NCBI RefSeq assembly: GCF_902713615.1
Contig: NC_052146.1
Location: 219,960,438-220,024,437, forward strand
Direction: 5' to 3'
Length of the DNA stretch: 64,000 nt
From: Scyliorhinus canicula
Lineage: Eukaryota
Part shown: positions 59,301 to 64,000 of the stretch, in pieces
Layout of the letters: each line of letters starts with the position of its first letter
Numbering within the stretch: position 1 is the first letter of the stretch
The notes under the pieces: generated by a model
Database searches by the model: none
Seen by the model: the letters and a program-made list of their open reading frames with translations, nothing else
What the model was told of the DNA's origin: nothing
Translations under genes and position numbers: made by a program

Positions 59301-60050
59301 GCGGCCTGCATAAAAATGTCAAGTGATCGATGGGTGAGTAACCTGCAACCAAAATGGGGAGGTGTCTCACTCCACATTCTGGGAGGCACTGAAAAGAGGA
59401 AATAATAACATACGGAGCTCTCAAAAGTAAAAGGACAGCTAGGCAATGGCTGTTGACTCCACATTGGGAATGGATTGGTGGTACTCCATGGCCCTGACCG
59501 TGGAGCTGTTGGTGGAGAGGAAAAAGCTAGAAATGGAATTTGACCTGCTCTTTACTGGGGGACAGCAACGAACAAGCTCTGCCAGACACAGTGGACCTTT
59601 TATGAGCATGGAGACCAGGCCTGCCACCTACTGTCTCACCAGCTGAGAAAGCAGGCAGCCACGAGGGAGGTTGTACAGGGAATGTCAGGCTAGTCACAGC
59701 ACCAAGTAAGGTCAACAAGACCTTTGCAACCTTCCACCAGGAGCTGTATACCTCTGAGCCCCTGAAGGGGGACCAGAAGATTAAACGGTTTCTTGATGGG
59801 CTGGACATACCAGTTGTGGAAGAGGAAAAGAAACGGACTGGAAGCACCACTCGGTCTGGGGGAGATCATGGAGATATTAACTCCATGCAGTCAGGGAAGG
59901 CACCAGGTCCAGATGGATCCCGGTGGACTTGTACAAAAAGTTTACAGCAGCATTGGCCCCACACCTTGGGGAGATGTTGGCAAAGGCCGATATTGCTGGT
60001 CCCCAAAAAGTCAAAACTCAATGGAGTGCAGGTTGTACAGATCGTCTCAT
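56370..60050 (+). mobile_element. Decayed L1-clade element: 5' UTR, ORF1, G-rich spacer, ORF2 endonuclease, with nested SINEs (about 57990-58225 and 58478-58700)
   Basis: ORF1 motif ENRSH*QNLRIVRLPDG; endonuclease GVAILF...DPGGRYVMVSG...LVNIYVPN; MQSGKAPGPDG. Confidence 0.8.
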
Positions 60051-60199
60051 TCCTGTTTTTAAAAAAATTATTTTATTCCAAACATATTCAAGAGTATATA
60101 AACATAAATAATCCGGGGAACATTCTCCCCAACTCCCAATTTTACAGTTTGTACAGATTTCCTCCCCTCTACACCGCCCCTTACCCTCCCTCCCTCTTG

Positions 60200-62300
60200 C
60201 CCACGCCAAACACATCCTCAAACATGGTCATGAATAGTCCCCACCATGTCTCAAAGCCCTCAATTCAAACTTAATCTTCTTCAACCGGAGGAAGTCTTAC
60301 AGATTCCCGAGCCCGGCTGCCACCCCCAGTGGAATTGTCAGCCGCCATTCCAGAACGATCCTTCAGGCAACCAGAGAGGCGAAGGCACCATATGGGCCTT
60401 CCTCCCCTCTATCAGCTCCGGCATTCCCAATATCCCAAAAATCGCCACTACAGAGTCCAGCCCAGCCTCTCCCCCCACAATGTTTGCTAGTGTCCTGAAC
60501 ATTGCCTCCCAGTAGCTCGTTAGTTTCAAAAGGGCATACTTCGGCAGCCTGGGAAGCACTTTCCAGACCTTCCCGCTGACGTCTGGAGAAGTTTGCAAGT
60601 CTGGAAGAGCTGCGGGGGAGGGTAGAGCTCCCGACGGTAGAGCTCCAGACCTTCCGTCTGAAGTCCCCCACTTGTAGATAGCAAAATTTGCTTCACTTCG
60701 GGAGCTCTGCCCTCCCCCCGCAGCTCTTCCAGACTTGCAAACATCTCCAAATACAAATCCCTCTCCCTCACCAGCCCCACCCCTCTCCACCTCCTATACA
60801 TGCCATCCGTCTCCCCCCTCTTGAACCCGGGGTTCTCACACTGCGGTATTAACACTGATAACCCCTCCATCCTAAAGTGTCTCCTCAGCTGGTTCCACAC
60901 CCTAAATGTGGACTGTATGACCGGGCTCTCCGTTATCTCCTCGGCACCAGCGGTAGTGCCGCTGTCACCAGGCCCTAAGGCTGAACCCCCTACAAGACTC
61001 CTCCTCCATCTTAACCCTTTCTAAGCCCTCTCCTTCCCACCACCGCGTTACTTTCTCCACATTCGCTGCCCAGTAATAGTGCAGCAGTTTTGGTAATGCC
61101 AACCCCTCTGTATCTGTAGCAGGGCAACTTCCCACCCATATAAACAACGAGATCACTGTGTCCAGAAAAAGGCCTTGGGAATGAAGATCGGGAGAGCCTG
61201 GAATATGAATAGGAAAATTTTCACTGCTTGGACCCTCCCTGCCAGCGTCAGGTGTAGCATATCCTCCTTTACCTCCTCCACCAATTCTGTTACGTTCCAT
61301 TTGTGCAATGTCTCCCAATCCCCCATCACCTGGACCCCCAGATACTTAAACCTATTCCTGACTACCCTAAACGGCAACCACACTAAATTAGCTCCCTGAC
61401 ACACCTCGTTCACCGAAAGCACCTCGCTTTTTCCCACGTTCAATTTATAACCTGAGAAGGCCCCAAACCTCTCTAATAAGCCCATAATTCTCCCCATACT
61501 CTCCCATGGGTCTGTCATGTGCAACAGCAGGTCATCCGCGTACAGCGACACCGAATACGCCTTACTCCCCCCTCTTAATCCCTGCCACTCTGCTGACCCT
61601 AAGGGCCACTGCCAGAGGCTCTATTGCTAGCGCAAATAACCGGCGACAGTGGACACCACTCGTTCCCCTATGAAACCCGAAGCTCTGTGAGCTCGTCTCA
61701 TTTGTCCGTACACTTACCACCAAGTCACGTACAGCAGATGCACACATGCCACAAACTTCGGCCCAAACCCAAATCGGTACCGTCGCTCCACCCGGTTGAA
61801 AACCTCCGCGTCCATAGGTGTCACTACCTCCGGTACCCATCAACTCGACGGGGTCATGATCACATTTAATAACTGCCTATTCTAGAGTGTTGCCTACCCT
61901 TCACTAAGCCCATTTGGTCCTCTGCAACCACCCCTGGAACACATCCTTCCATCCTCCCCACCACTAACTTAGCCACCACTTTCACATCTGTGCTCAACAG
62001 TGATATGGGCCTACATGACCCTCACTCTAGCAGGGCCTTCCCTTTCTTCACAATTAGCGTGATCATCGCCTGTGTCATTGTCTCCAGCAACTTCCCCTTA
62101 TCCATCGCCTTGCTGAACGCCCCAATAAATGTGGCGCCAACTCCATCGTAAACCCCTTATAAAACTCAACTGGATAACCGTCCGGCCCCAGGGCCTTCCC
62201 CAACTTCATCCCTTTTATACTTTCCATTACCTCTCTCAACCTTATTGGCTCCTCCAGCGTCTGCCTCCTCTCCTCATCCAGCCGTGGGAATTCGAGCCCG
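60200..62300 (-). mobile_element. L1-clade ORF2 fragment
   Basis: SLYADDLLL, FGAFSGYKLNVGKSE, FKYLGV and GLALPKLLHYYWAAN motifs. Confidence 0.85.
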
Positions 62301-62389
62301 TACTGAATGATTTCAGTAACTTCCCCATCACACAGGTGAAGCTAACCGGTCTATAGTTTCCTCATTTTTGTCTCTCCCTTTTTGTTCAT

Positions 62390-64000
62390 AAATGATTTTA
62401 TTAAGGATTTTTAATCTATACAAGACAAAGGCAACTGTGAACGTACATTGAAAATAACAGAAAAGAAAAAAAAAGAAAAATTATATATGCATCGGTTGTC
62501 TTTTGTTGTTTACATCGGTTGCGGCTTCCTGTTTTGCATCCTCCAATGGTGCTTATTCCCAGCCGGGTCCCCTACTTTCCTCCACTCGCCCTTTCATCTC
62601 GGCACCCCCCCTTTCCGCTTCTAATCGCCTGCCCTGCCATCTTTCCTCTTCAGCTCCTATATCTTGCTCTTGTATGATTGGCTCGACACTGTATTTTATT
62701 TGTTGATCTTGGTTGGGCTCTTATGTTTCTTTGTTCTCCCTCCATTCCCCCCCCCCCCCCCCCCCCCTTCCCTTTCATTGGCATTCGTTATTAGTTGTGG
62801 CTTTTGGCTCCTCTGGTTTACTAGCTGTTGGCTGAAAAACAGATCTTGGAACAACTGAGTGAATGGCTCCCACGTTTTGTGGAAGCCTGGATGGCAAATT
62901 TGATTTTGTCCATCTGGAGAAACTGATAGGTTGGACAGCCAGTCTGCAGCTTTGGGTGGTGCTGCTGACCGCCAGCGAGCAGGATTCTCTGGCAGGCAAT
63001 AAGGGAGGCAAAAGCAAGGGCGTTAACCCTCCTCCCCATGAAGAGATCTGGCTGTTCTGAGACCCCGAAGACTGCTGCTCTCGGACATGGCTCCACCCTC
63101 AGCCCAACACCTTAGACATTGCCTCGAAGAAGGCTGTCCAGAACCCGACAAGTCTGGGACAAGACCAGATCATGTGGGTGTAGTTGGCCGGGCCTCCTTG
63201 GCACCGGTCACATTTATCCGCCATCTCCGGGAAGAACCTGTTCATTCGGGTCCTACTTAAGTGCGCTCTGTGCACCACTTTTAACTGCACTAGGCTTAGC
63301 CTTGCGCAAGTGGAGGTGGAGTTCACCCTATGCAGTGCTTCGCTCCAGAGTCCCCACCCTTTTTCAAATCCCAGGTCCTCCATGTTTCTCTTGTCCAGTT
63401 GTGTGTTTGCCCTTCCTAATAGTTGCTTATACAGCTCGCTGGAGTTCCCTTCCCTACGATGTCCGCGTCCAAATAGATCCTCTAACAACGACTATTGCGG
63501 CGGGTCGTGGGTCTGTCCTCATTGTGCTACGTAGGAAGCTTTTGAAATGCATATAAATCACCTCCGATATTCTCTTCCCCGGATGGGGTCATGATCACGT
63601 TCAGCTGGTGCCAGATGTTCAACATTATCTGTCTACCCTTGAATAGTGTCATTGGTCTTCTGCTACCAACACTGGTACGCAGTCCTCCACTCTCTTGGCT
63701 AGGATGTTGGCCAATATTTTTGCATCCACGTTTTAGCAACAAAATGGGACTGTAGGACCCGCATTCTGTTGGGTCTTTGTCCTTCTTGGGTATCCAGCGA
63801 GATTGAGCTTGTGCCAGCATAGGCAGCAGGGTGGCCCCTTGCCAGTGAGTGTCTAAACACATCTCCCGCAGGTGCGAGGTCAGTACTGCAGCATATGTTT
63901 TGTAGAGGTCCACAGGAATCTGACTGATCCCGGCGCCTTCCCCACCTTCATGAAGTTAATACTCTCCATGACTTCTCCTAGTTCTAGCCGGTGCTTCCAG
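62390..64000 (-). mobile_element. L1-clade ORF2 3' fragment (continues past the window)
   Basis: KDPTECGSYSPILL, QLKVVHRAH and CDRCQGGPANYTHMIWSC Zn-knuckle; 3' UTR with polyA signal near 62400. Confidence 0.85.

Overview
Eukaryotic (vertebrate) genomic DNA, almost certainly from an elasmobranch and probably a catshark (Scyliorhinus-like repeat families). The + strand carries the 3' end of the utrophin gene (UTRN): 11 coding exons between 98 and 44627, equivalent to dystrophin exons 68-78 (EF-hand end, ZZ zinc finger, syntrophin-binding region, coiled coils, C-terminus), then a terminal exon from 52050 to about 53050 with a let-7 site and an AATAAA. Introns and the downstream flank are dense with decayed transposable elements: V-type/HE1-like and other tRNA SINEs, CR1, L2, RTE and L1 LINEs, PIF/Harbinger remnants with GC-rich MITEs, and Penelope-like fragments. 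Almost all entries in the ORF track are spurious or TE-derived. The most notable observations are: (1) minimal hammerhead ribozyme motifs carried by Penelope-like inserts in UTRN introns, including a complete sense-strand copy paired with an inverted antisense copy; (2) a stop codon as the last codon of the 23-nt penultimate microexon, plus an open dystrophin-delta78-like alternative tail in the last exon; (3) a LINE with a tRNA-like SINE head and no apparent ORF1, together with a SINE made of exactly its two ends. Exon and target-site-duplication coordinates were read base by base. Boundaries of old repeats are approximate, and family names and comparisons with human or mouse sequences are from recall, not database searches.
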